Positions 29,549-38,956 of a stretch of 64,000 nucleotides of DNA are shown here, one piece after another. Position 1 is the stretch's first letter. Every line of letters starts with the position of its first letter. A model generated the notes under the pieces. That model had not been told where the DNA came from. It saw only the letters and a program-made list of their open reading frames with translations, and searched no databases. Position numbers and translations under genes: made by a program. The DNA is from an uncultured archaeon (lineage in GTDB: Archaea > Thermoproteota > Nitrososphaeria > JACIWG01): contig CALHLD010000004.1 of assembly GCA_938034445.1 (NCBI GenBank), positions 64,067-128,066 of the forward strand. The letters run 5' to 3'.

Positions 29549-30688
29549 TCACGAATATAGTAATGTCTTATCTCCTCTAACTATGATTGATATTTTTCTT
29601 TTCCTATCTTCAGCTTGGTCTACTAGATAGTTTATGGCGGCATTTCCTGACTGGAAACTTTTTAACCCTAACCTTTTTTGAACGAAGGTATTAGGTAATG
29701 TGGTGACAACTCCTAAATCATACTTTTGGCTTGCCTGTATTAAATAATAGAGGTTCTCAATTCCATCAATATATGTTCTACCTAAAAGTCCATCTAACTT
29801 GAATCCCGTATAAACATATTTTTTTAAAGCTTCAGAACCCAATCCGTCTAACGCTTCAGCCAAAATAATGATGGATGCTCTATCTTCACAAGCGTATATT
29901 GTGTTCCATAGGCTGTTTAATGCACTGTTTAAAGTACTACATTTATCCTCTTCCCCTGGAGAAACCATAGCTAAGCTTATCTTTTTTTCAACATTTTTTA
30001 AAGAATATTTTAAAAACTCTTCAACAGACTTTTTATGTACAAAGTCAATTTTACCATATAGTATCTTACTGAAACCCAGCTTGCCTGGAATAATTCCTAT
30101 ACCATCTAATTCTTTTAACTCCTCAACAATCCTGTTCAGAAACCATCCTGATGATGTTTCTTTTCCAGGTCTTGGAATAAGTTCGTTCTCCCTCTTTATA
30201 GCCTCGTATCTTATCTGCTCGTCTGCAACTTCTAGAATGGTTGTCGACATACCTTTAAAGCCGAAGAGAGGGTCAAATCCTATGCTTGAAACAAGTATTA
30301 GATTTCTTTTTGAAAGTATTTGTGAAACCTTTACCTGTACTCCATCAACAATCGCTACAGGCGCCTTCTCAGCCTCTATCTTTGAAAATTCTATGCTGGT
30401 GTCCTTCAGACTTTTTCTAAGATTTTTTAAAATTCTTTCGCTTGAAAAAGCGTATACTTTAGTGTTTTGAGCGAATGTTGTTAGGAAACGTAAGAATTCT
30501 ATTGTAGAATTTTCGCAGTCTCCTACCAACAGGTTTATCTCATTTAATCCCTTTAATGGCTGTATCTCTTGCTCTACCTGATTTATTTCTAATTCAGGTA
30601 ATGGGTCATCGTAAACTTTTTCTAATCTTTCCCTTTTTAGTTCTACTGCAATTTCTACCCTACCATATCTTAGCCATATTTCTGGCAT
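29549..30688 (-). CDS. LarA-like (DUF2088) domain protein, apparently lacking catalytic His residues
   Basis: The N-terminus MPEIWLRYGRVEIAVEL and GFDPLFGFKGMSTT resemble the lactate-racemase N-domain. The protein is almost His-free. Low confidence. Confidence 0.3.
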   Translation of the reverse strand: MPEIWLRYGRVEIAVELKRERLEKVYDDPLPELEINQVEQEIQPLKGLNEINLLVGDCENSTIEFLRFLTTFAQNTKVYAFSSERILKNLRKSLKDTSIEFSKIEAEKAPVAIVDGVQVKVSQILSKRNLILVSSIGFDPLFGFKGMSTTILEVADEQIRYEAIKRENELIPRPGKETSSGWFLNRIVEELKELDGIGIIPGKLGFSKILYGKIDFVHKKSVEEFLKYSLKNVEKKISLAMVSPGEEDKCSTLNSALNSLWNTIYACEDRASIIILAEALDGLGSEALKKYVYTGFKLDGLLGRTYIDGIENLYYLIQASQKYDLGVVTTLPNTFVQKRLGLKSFQSGNAAINYLVDQAEDRKRKISIIVRGDKTLLYS

Positions 30689-30769
30689 GCTTGCATTAAC
30701 TACCTATCATCTATAAAATAAACTCTTTTTTTCCAAAACCTTTATCTTCACATCCTATAGGAACATATT

Positions 30770-31417
30770 TTGATGGAGAAGGTCAAAATTTTATGGTTTA
30801 ACGAATATAGTGGTTTAAGGGTTGTTTACAAAGATATGGCTATAGTATTTGACCCCTATCAAGTTTTACCACTAAAGCTTGTCCCCCTAAACTATCTCCT
30901 AATATCACATGAACACTTTGACCATTTTGATTTAACACTTGATATTGAGCTTTCTAAATACGCTCAAATGATATTAGCAGATTTGGAGTCTGGAAGTAGG
31001 CTTAGAAAGTATGTTCAGAAGGATCGCTTAAAAATTATGAAACCGGGAGATGTTTACAAGGATAAAAGCATTTCAGTTACCGCCCTTAGGAGTGCTCATC
31101 CTGCTGTAAATCCATTAACATATTTTGTGGAATATTTTGGTGGTCCAAAAATTTTTTATGCTAGCGATTCCCTTCCGTTAATAGAATTTTCTAGTATTGC
31201 AGGATACGGTGTTGACATTGCATTTGTACCTATAGGAATTGCTCCCGGAGCTTCCCCTAGGACTGGAAGTGAGATTGTTCAAACTGTAAAGCCTAAGATT
31301 ACTATCCCTGTTCATGGGACAAGGTTTGAGGAATTTAATTCTCTAGTTAAAGCTAGGTCCCCTAATGTTAGCGTTAAAATATTGCCTATGGATGTAGAGG
31401 TGGAGGTGGAAATATAA
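30770..31417 (+). CDS. metallo-beta-lactamase-fold hydrolase
   Basis: The HxHxDH motif LLISHEHFDHFD, 215 aa. Confidence 0.7.
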   Translation: MMEKVKILWFNEYSGLRVVYKDMAIVFDPYQVLPLKLVPLNYLLISHEHFDHFDLTLDIELSKYAQMILADLESGSRLRKYVQKDRLKIMKPGDVYKDKSISVTALRSAHPAVNPLTYFVEYFGGPKIFYASDSLPLIEFSSIAGYGVDIAFVPIGIAPGASPRTGSEIVQTVKPKITIPVHGTRFEEFNSLVKARSPNVSVKILPMDVEVEVEI

Positions 31418-31419
31418 TT

Positions 31420-32040
31420 TTGAAGGATGATAAAACTTTAGTAAAGGAGTTGGCAAAGTCTCTTATAAAAACTCAGTCTCTTAAGTTTGGCGTTTTTAAG
31501 TTGACGAGCGGTAAAATGAGTAGCTACTATATTGACTTAAGGCTTATTCCAAGCTACCCTCAAGTTTTTAAGAGGATAATAGGCATGTACACTAACTTAA
31601 TTGTTAATAGGATAGGGTTACCAAATTTTGATGTAATCTGCGGTATTCCAACTTCTGGTCTTGTTTTCGCTTCCGCATTAGCGTATTCTTTGGAAAAGCC
31701 ACTAATATACATCAGAAAGGATGTAAAATCACATGGTACCCAAAAAAATATTGAAGGTTTCCTAAAGCCGGGTGATCGTGTACTATTGGTTGACGATCTA
31801 ATCACAACAGGGTCTTCTCTAATATCGTCAAGTGAAATGGTTTTGGGTGAAGGCGGTGTAATCAGGGACGCTGTCGTCCTAGTCGATAGAGAAGAGGGTG
31901 GTATAGAAAAATTAAGGAGTTTTGGTATAAATGTTCATTATGTTGCCAAAGTTAGCGAATTAGCGAAGGACTTATATGAAAACAATATCATAGGCGAAGA
32001 AGAGTATAATGCTGTCCTTAAACAAATAGAAAAAGGATAA
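31420..32040 (+). CDS. pyrE: orotate phosphoribosyltransferase
   Basis: VFKLTSGKMSSYYIDLR and the PRPP-binding motif LLVDDLITTGSS. Confidence 0.85.
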   Translation: MKDDKTLVKELAKSLIKTQSLKFGVFKLTSGKMSSYYIDLRLIPSYPQVFKRIIGMYTNLIVNRIGLPNFDVICGIPTSGLVFASALAYSLEKPLIYIRKDVKSHGTQKNIEGFLKPGDRVLLVDDLITTGSSLISSSEMVLGEGGVIRDAVVLVDREEGGIEKLRSFGINVHYVAKVSELAKDLYENNIIGEEEYNAVLKQIEKG

Positions 32041-32048
32041 AGGAATTT

Positions 32049-32606
32049 CTAGTAGACCATTAACCCTAATTGGTCAAGGGTCTGATGAAGGTTGGACACT
32101 GCCTCATAAACTTCCCGCTCCTTTTTAGCTCCAGTACAAACAAGTTTTCCACTAGCAAACAATAGTATAACAGTCTTTGGCTGAAGCATTCTATGAATTA
32201 GTCCTGGAAACTGTTCAGGCTCATACATGCTTCTAGGCAATTTTATGGCAGCCGACTCCAAATCAACCCTACCGCCTAGGCTTGCTGAAGCAACTATATT
32301 CTGTACTTCTATAACTGGTTCATTTGTTATCTCTATACCACCATCTTTTAGCATCTTAACAACTGTATGAACTGCCTTAAATGCCTGATCCTCCGATTTC
32401 CCTCCAGTACAGACCATCTTACCTGAACTGAATATGAGTGTTGCAGTTTTAGGCGACTTTAGACGGAATACTAGTCCAGGAAACTGGTCAGGCCTATATT
32501 CGACGTTTGTGAACCTTTTTGTTATCTCTATTAGGTTGATGTTCTGGTTTACTGAAGCTGAAGCGACAACATTTTCGATACTCACTACCCTCTTTCCTTT
32601 TAACAT
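32049..32606 (-). CDS. tbp: TATA-box binding protein
   Basis: Two direct repeats with NVVASASV/NIVASASL, PGLVFRL/PGLIHRM and SGKMVCTG/SGKLVCTG, 185 aa. Confidence 0.95.
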   Translation of the reverse strand: MLKGKRVVSIENVVASASVNQNINLIEITKRFTNVEYRPDQFPGLVFRLKSPKTATLIFSSGKMVCTGGKSEDQAFKAVHTVVKMLKDGGIEITNEPVIEVQNIVASASLGGRVDLESAAIKLPRSMYEPEQFPGLIHRMLQPKTVILLFASGKLVCTGAKKEREVYEAVSNLHQTLDQLGLMVY

Positions 32607-32654
32607 TTTTTCTCGTTAGGGATATATAAACTGGGTATATAAAAGAGTTTAAAA

Positions 32655-33170
32655 TTAGATGTCTTTCGTTTCCCTTCTCTTTTTTGATTCTTCGACAAAT
32701 ATTGTGTAAACAAAATAAGTTAATAGTATTATAATTAAAATGTAGTTTACTGGAGGAGAGAGTATTTGTCCAATGTATCCAACGTAAGGTATTCTAACAC
32801 CCATATACTTTCCAATATAATTCTCTTCTCTAACATATCCTGGGTCAGGCACCCTATTGTTATCACCTTGTGTTATTAAAACCATTTCATTGCCAATTAA
32901 CTTTATTTCTTTTATCCTATGAACAATTCTAACATTATATACTGGACTATTAAAAACAATAATGTCTCCAACACGCAGGCTTTCAAAATCCACTTTATAG
33001 ATAATGATTAAATCCCCATTTTCTAGTGTAGGGTGCATGCTGTTTCCTTCAACATAATAGAATGGTGAAGTACCTAGAATGAGGCTTGCTAACATAATAG
33101 CTGTAATGGTTAACAAAATTGCAAAGAAAATATTTTCTAAAAGATTGACTTTAGATCTGCCCAGTTTCAA
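32655..33170 (-). CDS. signal peptidase I, archaeal Sec11 type
   Basis: N-terminal TM followed by the GNSMHPTL Ser motif and a later His region, 171 aa. Confidence 0.8.
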   Translation of the reverse strand: MKLGRSKVNLLENIFFAILLTITAIMLASLILGTSPFYYVEGNSMHPTLENGDLIIIYKVDFESLRVGDIIVFNSPVYNVRIVHRIKEIKLIGNEMVLITQGDNNRVPDPGYVREENYIGKYMGVRIPYVGYIGQILSPPVNYILIIILLTYFVYTIFVEESKKRRETKDI

Positions 33171-34342
33171 GCTCTAATCCACACTCTTCTAGTACTCTCT
33201 ATAAATTCATAGTTTAAAGTTTGTCCTGTAGAAAATTTTATTCTAAAAATGTTTTTTGAACCATTTACAGGAATATATGGTACATAGGTGTATACTTCAA
33301 AGGATGTGAAGGGTAATATTATATCAGGTTTAATGTAATAGTTTATTGGAACACTACTATTTACACTTATTTCAGAAATAAAGATGCTCATCGGTAATAT
33401 CGAATTTGAGGAAATTTTAACAATCAACCATTTAGGCTCTATCAAATATATTGAAAGATTATCGACATAGGCTACCAAATTTTCAGACCAAACACTTAAG
33501 CCAACAACATAATAATCGTCTCCAGCCTTAGAATCAATTCCCTTACGCATTAAATATTCTGCAAACTCTTCCCTCAAATTTGTCATTTGAAGCGCATACT
33601 CTACCCAGTTGTCTGTAGCCTCTAACTTTCGGAAAAGAATTAGCCCATAGTCTGTAAACTTTATACCATCACTTAAATTTCCAACACTCTTATATAATAA
33701 GAGGGTAAATGTGAATGCCGTAATATTAGTGCCATAATGTAAAATAATATTTTGGACGGCAACATATGATGGATAGTTTTCAATAATTTCTTTTGAAGCC
33801 TTTACTGCAAGTGCAAGCACAAGATTTCCTCCAATAATATACTTTGATGAAGCATTCCTACCAACATAGACTGCCTGCGGAACCATAAAAGGCTTTGAGG
33901 GTGTCAAATTTAGTGCACAATTCCCTTCAAAAACAACTGTTCTAGAAATTCTGGAACCATTAAAAAGGCTCCACCCATAAACATTATCTCCTACAACTTC
34001 TTCAAAACCAGCATTTTGGTAGATTGAAAAAAGCTCTTCCCTGATCGAGCGTGCAGATTCGATTGAAACGGCGGAAGGCAAAAATGGGAGTATCGAGGAT
34101 GCTAGCACAATTATACTTAGTGCAGTAAGGGAATACAAAATCTTTCTTTTAACTTTATTTGTAAGTTTGCTGATTTTCAATTGGTTCACCAAAACGATTG
34201 TATTTAGTGATAGTGGGTGTCTCTGTTGGAATAAAAAAGGTTTTCTAAAAATTTCTATTGAATTCAATAACGCGAACTGAGTGTACGAAATCAATTTGTA
34301 TTCTGAGGACAGATGTTCGTTTTTATTACATTTTAACTGCAC
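33167..34342 (-). CDS. hypothetical secreted or membrane-anchored protein rich in N-glycosylation sequons, co-operonic with the signal peptidase gene
   Basis: A hydrophobic signal-anchor segment (LTALSIIVLASSILPFL) and at least 8 N-x-S/T sequons, with no known motif. It overlaps the start of the signal peptidase gene by 4 nt. Confidence 0.4.
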   Translation of the reverse strand: MQLKCNKNEHLSSEYKLISYTQFALLNSIEIFRKPFLFQQRHPLSLNTIVLVNQLKISKLTNKVKRKILYSLTALSIIVLASSILPFLPSAVSIESARSIREELFSIYQNAGFEEVVGDNVYGWSLFNGSRISRTVVFEGNCALNLTPSKPFMVPQAVYVGRNASSKYIIGGNLVLALAVKASKEIIENYPSYVAVQNIILHYGTNITAFTFTLLLYKSVGNLSDGIKFTDYGLILFRKLEATDNWVEYALQMTNLREEFAEYLMRKGIDSKAGDDYYVVGLSVWSENLVAYVDNLSIYLIEPKWLIVKISSNSILPMSIFISEISVNSSVPINYYIKPDIILPFTSFEVYTYVPYIPVNGSKNIFRIKFSTGQTLNYEFIESTRRVWIRA

Positions 34343-34391
34343 TATCTTAAATTTTTAGAAAGCTTAATAAAAATCTTCTTATCCACCCTCT

Positions 34392-35453
34392 ATGGCGTAT
34401 TCTAAATTGGGCTTAACAAAAACATTAACTTACAGAGGAATAAGTTTAGTTATAGTTCTCTTTGGTGTGCTTTTTCTAACTGTAATAGTATTAGGTGCAA
34501 CGGGTGTATCGGATAGAATATTAGATTCTATGTTAATGGAGGAATTGAGGGGAATAAGACAGCAGCTTGTTACACAAATAAAGGATGTTGAACAATTAAA
34601 TAAGGCTGTAGAGGAGATAAAAAAGCAGCTAATTATCGCTTACGGTCTTGACAAACCTTGGTATGAGCGTTTACCTAGTATGATGCTAAAAATTATTACT
34701 CTTGACCTTGGCTCTGCAAAGAATATTCAATCTTTTAGTGGAAGTAAGCAGATATCAGTAATAATCATGGAACGTTTGCCAAACACCATACTTTTGGTCA
34801 CCACAGCCATTATAATCAATTTTTTAATAGGCTTGTTTGCTGGAACATGGGTTGCAACAAAACCCGGATCTATTATAGATCGTCTTGTATCACTTTATGC
34901 TGCAATCTCCTATGCTATACCAACTTGGTGGCTTGGATTAATCAACATACTCGTTTTCGCCTTTTTTCTAAGGCTGTTTCCTTATACAGGAATGTTTAGT
35001 GCTCCTCCACCAACAGACCCATTTCTTAGAATTTTAGACCTTCTATGGCATGTTTCGCTCCCACTTTTAACATTAATAATAGCGCTTTCAGGTTCATGGA
35101 TTTATATAACACGAAGTTTAACAGTTACAACTGCCCAAGAAGATTTTGTTAATGTTGCTCGTGCTAAAGGTCTTCCTGAAAATTTGGTTCAAAGAAGGTA
35201 TATTGTGAGGGTTGTTGCACCCTCTATACTTACGAATGTTATACTCGGATTAGCTGGCTCAATAGGTGGCGCTATTTTGACAGAAACAGTTTTCGGCTGG
35301 CCTGGTATGGGTCAATTGTATTATGAAGCTATTGTCTCATTAGATGAAGGCCTTATACTTGCATTGACGTACATGTTCACACTAGTCTACGTAATAGCAA
35401 GATTTGTTCTTGAAGTCCTTTATGTGGTAGTGGATCCACGTGTTAGATATTGA
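34392..35453 (+). CDS. dppB: peptide/nickel ABC transporter permease (DppB/OppB-like)
   Basis: Binding-protein-dependent transport permease topology with an EAA-like loop. Confidence 0.85.
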   Translation: MAYSKLGLTKTLTYRGISLVIVLFGVLFLTVIVLGATGVSDRILDSMLMEELRGIRQQLVTQIKDVEQLNKAVEEIKKQLIIAYGLDKPWYERLPSMMLKIITLDLGSAKNIQSFSGSKQISVIIMERLPNTILLVTTAIIINFLIGLFAGTWVATKPGSIIDRLVSLYAAISYAIPTWWLGLINILVFAFFLRLFPYTGMFSAPPPTDPFLRILDLLWHVSLPLLTLIIALSGSWIYITRSLTVTTAQEDFVNVARAKGLPENLVQRRYIVRVVAPSILTNVILGLAGSIGGAILTETVFGWPGMGQLYYEAIVSLDEGLILALTYMFTLVYVIARFVLEVLYVVVDPRVRY

Positions 35454-35464
35454 GGTGAAATGGT

Positions 35465-36898
35465 TTGAGTATATTTAGTGAGGCAAGAAGAGAATTTTGG
35501 AGAAGTTATACATCAAAAGCTGGAACCTTTTTCATTATACTTTTATCCTTAATTTCTCTTGTGGTTGTTTTAACTATGCCATTAGACTTTGGTACAAAAT
35601 ATTGGAGTAATCCAATATATTGGGTTGATTATCCAAAGACTTCACCACCAGCTTGGATTAATACTTTTATGTCCGAAAAGTTAGTTGAGCATCAAGTTTT
35701 ATACTCATATACTCCTGTACAAGTTGAAGATTTAGGCGGCTCCTATATGAAAATATATTCCTTTACATACGATTTTAAATATAACCAATTTCCATCATTT
35801 TTAACATTTAGAATTAGGGGTCTAACCTTCTATGAAAATCCCCCTGTTATAAGAGTGCATATTATTAGACCTGACAATAAAATTATATCACTTTTAACAT
35901 ACCCAGTTAGTACTGAAGGTGTTTCTCAAACTGCACCATATGTTCTTTATAAAACTGAACCTAAACGTTTTCTATTAAGTGGTGATCCATCACTATTCAG
36001 GGTACTATCAGATTTTCTCTACAAAGAATTCCATATCTCATATTCTCCTGAAAAAGTTTACTCTGTTGGTGTAGAAAAGATTATTTTCGGTGTCCCAAAA
36101 GACGATAATTCATTTGAGCCGTTAAATGGAAAATATCAAGTTAACATTCTACTATATTGTGAAAACGAAAACGATTCTTTGGGCGAAGTTGCAATGGTGT
36201 TTGGGGGTAGAGTATATGGTCTAATGGGGACTGACACGTTAGGACGAGATCTGTTTCAAGGTCTCCTTTTCGGTTTTCCTGTTGCCTTGCTAATTGGTCT
36301 TGCAACCTCTATTCTATCTACTATTTTAGGCGCTGTTTTAGGTATTGTTAGTGGCTATATTGGTGGGAAAACAGATATCCTCATCCAAAGGATTGCTGAC
36401 ATAGTTAACAATATACCACTGCTTCCACTTCTAATATTCTTTACATTCATCTTTGGAGGAAAATTGTGGGTTATTGTTCTAATATTGGTCATATTTGGTT
36501 GGCCGAGTCTTACAATAATAGTACGTTCTATGGTTTTATCATTAAAATCCTCAAATTTTGTTGAAGCTGCTGTTGCTGTTGGAGCAAATAGTATTAGGAT
36601 TATGGCAAGGCACATATTTCCACAAGTTGCACCATTCATTTTAGCACAACTAATATTTTATACTCCTCAAGCAATTCTATCTGAGTCAGCATTAAGCTTT
36701 TTAGGTCTCGGTGATCCCTCGATACCAACTTGGGGACAAATACTCGATTATGCTTTTAGAAATGGTGCAGTATATCTAGGCTACTGGTGGTGGATACTTC
36801 CACCTGGCTTATTGATCATTCTCTCAGCAATAACCTTTGTTCTATTAGCGTTAGGATTAGAGCCTGTTGTTAATCCTAGATTAAGGAGGAGACGATGA
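35465..36898 (+). CDS. dppC: peptide ABC transporter permease (DppC/OppC-like) with a large N-terminal extracytoplasmic domain
   Basis: C-terminal permease core (IVRSMVLSLK...AAVAVGA) after a 250-aa N-terminal extension. Confidence 0.8.
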   Translation: MSIFSEARREFWRSYTSKAGTFFIILLSLISLVVVLTMPLDFGTKYWSNPIYWVDYPKTSPPAWINTFMSEKLVEHQVLYSYTPVQVEDLGGSYMKIYSFTYDFKYNQFPSFLTFRIRGLTFYENPPVIRVHIIRPDNKIISLLTYPVSTEGVSQTAPYVLYKTEPKRFLLSGDPSLFRVLSDFLYKEFHISYSPEKVYSVGVEKIIFGVPKDDNSFEPLNGKYQVNILLYCENENDSLGEVAMVFGGRVYGLMGTDTLGRDLFQGLLFGFPVALLIGLATSILSTILGAVLGIVSGYIGGKTDILIQRIADIVNNIPLLPLLIFFTFIFGGKLWVIVLILVIFGWPSLTIIVRSMVLSLKSSNFVEAAVAVGANSIRIMARHIFPQVAPFILAQLIFYTPQAILSESALSFLGLGDPSIPTWGQILDYAFRNGAVYLGYWWWILPPGLLIILSAITFVLLALGLEPVVNPRLRRRR

Positions 36899-36899
36899 A

Positions 36900-37868
36900 A
36901 TGGAATCATATGTTTTAGAGGTTGAAAAGTTAAATTTGGCGTATAGAACATTGAGAGGCGACCTTTTGGCGGTTAATGATGTATCCTTTTCTCTTAAGCC
37001 TGGAGAAACATTAGGTATTGTTGGAGAGTCGGGTTGCGGTAAATCGAGTACTGCATACGCCTTAATGAAAATGGTTCCATCTAATACTTCAATATTTACT
37101 GGAAAGATAATTGTTGACGGGGAAAATATTATGGAAATGGACGATGCCGATCTTAGAAAAAAGGTTAGGTGGAAAAAGATTTCTATGGTATTTCAAGGTG
37201 CAATGAATTCACTAAATCCGGTTATTAAGGTAGGTTTCCAGGTAGCGGAACCATTAATAGTTCACGATAATGTCCCAAAAAATGAGGCTCTGGAAAGGGC
37301 TAAAGAACTTTTTAAGCTTGTTGGATTGCCTCAAGACTTCATAAACAGATATCCTCATGAACTTAGTGGTGGTATGAAGCAGAGGGTTGTTATTGCGATG
37401 TCGCTTGTACTGAATCCTAAAATTCTAATTTTAGACGAGCCTACTTCAGCGTTAGATGTTATGATACAGGCTCAAATTATGAACATGTTAAAAGATTTGA
37501 GAAAATCGTTAAACCTATCAATAATATTCATAACGCATGATATAGCTTTGGCAAGTGATCTTTGTGATAAAATTGCTGTAATGTATGGTGGACAGATTAT
37601 GGAACTGGGTGCCGCTGAACAAGTTTTGCCTGACCCGAAACATCCGTATGCCTCAAAACTTATTGGAAGTATTCCAACACTTAGAAGTGAAAAAAAGTTG
37701 GATTTTATTCCAGGAGCTCCTCCTGACCTTGTAAATCCCCCTACAGGATGTAGATTTAATCCCAGATGCCCTTATAGGTTCGAATTATGTGAGAAGGAGA
37801 CACCTCCTATTTACATTTTGGATGGAGGTAGACAAGTGAGATGTTTCCTTTATAAAGGAAAAGGTTGA
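36900..37868 (+). CDS. dppD: peptide ABC transporter ATP-binding protein (DppD/OppD)
   Basis: Walker A GESGCGKSS, LSGGMKQR, ILILDEPTSALD and the C-terminal oligopeptide motif CPYRFELC. Confidence 0.9.
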   Translation: MESYVLEVEKLNLAYRTLRGDLLAVNDVSFSLKPGETLGIVGESGCGKSSTAYALMKMVPSNTSIFTGKIIVDGENIMEMDDADLRKKVRWKKISMVFQGAMNSLNPVIKVGFQVAEPLIVHDNVPKNEALERAKELFKLVGLPQDFINRYPHELSGGMKQRVVIAMSLVLNPKILILDEPTSALDVMIQAQIMNMLKDLRKSLNLSIIFITHDIALASDLCDKIAVMYGGQIMELGAAEQVLPDPKHPYASKLIGSIPTLRSEKKLDFIPGAPPDLVNPPTGCRFNPRCPYRFELCEKETPPIYILDGGRQVRCFLYKGKG

Positions 37869-37869
37869 G

Positions 37870-38865
37870 GTGAATAAAATGGTTGACGATTCTATCCTTT
37901 TAAAGTTAGAGAACATAAAAACCTACTTCTTTCTTCCAAAAGGACTATTTAAAACTATTGTTTTGAAGGCTGTTGATGGTGTTTCTCTAGAAATGAGAAA
38001 GGGTGAATCTCTTGCAATTGTAGGAGAATCTGGTTCGGGAAAGACTACTCTTGGAAGGACTGCAATAAAACTTATAGAACCTACAGAAGGTAAAATAGTA
38101 TTTGATGGAAAAGATATAACACGTTTGAATGATGAAAAGGAAATGAGAAATTTTAGAAGATCGGCTCAAATAATATTCCAAGATCCGTTTATGTCACTTA
38201 ACCCCTATATGACTATTAGAGAAATACTTGAGGAACCTCTAATAGTCCACGGGTTTAGTGACCCAAAAGAGCGATATGAAATCATAGTAAAGGCTCTTGT
38301 TGATGTCAAGCTTCAACCTCCAGAAGAATTTCTTTTAAAATATCCGCACATGCTTAGTGGAGGACAGAGGCAGAGAGTTGGAATTGCTAGAGCAATGGTT
38401 CTAGAGCCAAAATTTATTGTAGCCGATGAACCAGTCTCTATGATAGACGCGTCCAGTAGGGCTGAAATATTATACCTTTTCAAATCATTACAAGAAAAAT
38501 ATAATTTAACCTTTATGTACATAACCCATGATATCGCAACAGCAAAGTATTTCTCTGACAATCTTGCTGTAATGTATTTGGGAAAAATTGTAGAATATGG
38601 TCCAAGCAGAGAAGTTATAATGAATCCAAAACATCCATACACTTCTGCACTGATTTCAGCAGTACCTGATCCTGATCCAAATAATAGATTCATTTACAGA
38701 AAGGTTATTAGTGGAGAAATTCCAAGTGCAGTAAATCCTCCCTCAGGCTGTAGATTTCATACTAGGTGCCCCTATAGGTTCGAATTATGTGATAGAGAGG
38801 AGCCTAAACTGGAAAAGATCAATTTTGAACATAAAGTTGCATGCCACCTTTACACAAAAAAATAG
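37870..38865 (+). CDS. dppF: peptide ABC transporter ATP-binding protein (DppF/OppF)
   Basis: Walker A GESGSGKTT, LSGGQRQR, IVADEPVSMIDAS and the C-terminal CPYRFELC. Confidence 0.9.
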   Translation: MNKMVDDSILLKLENIKTYFFLPKGLFKTIVLKAVDGVSLEMRKGESLAIVGESGSGKTTLGRTAIKLIEPTEGKIVFDGKDITRLNDEKEMRNFRRSAQIIFQDPFMSLNPYMTIREILEEPLIVHGFSDPKERYEIIVKALVDVKLQPPEEFLLKYPHMLSGGQRQRVGIARAMVLEPKFIVADEPVSMIDASSRAEILYLFKSLQEKYNLTFMYITHDIATAKYFSDNLAVMYLGKIVEYGPSREVIMNPKHPYTSALISAVPDPDPNNRFIYRKVISGEIPSAVNPPSGCRFHTRCPYRFELCDREEPKLEKINFEHKVACHLYTKK

Positions 38866-38956
38866 TTCAAATTATTTAAATATTGTTTTATTCTTTACAT
38901 TTTTATATTTTAAGCAATAAAACTTAAATATAGAGAATAACCACTCTAACGATAAT

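Noticed and set aside
29868-30470. A 200-aa plus-strand ORF inside the LarA-like gene
   Set aside because: It is antisense to a longer ORF with family-like features, has low-complexity composition and lacks a plausible promoter context.
38313-38693. A 126-aa minus-strand ORF within dppF
   Set aside because: It is antisense to a high-confidence ABC ATPase gene and has no independent support.
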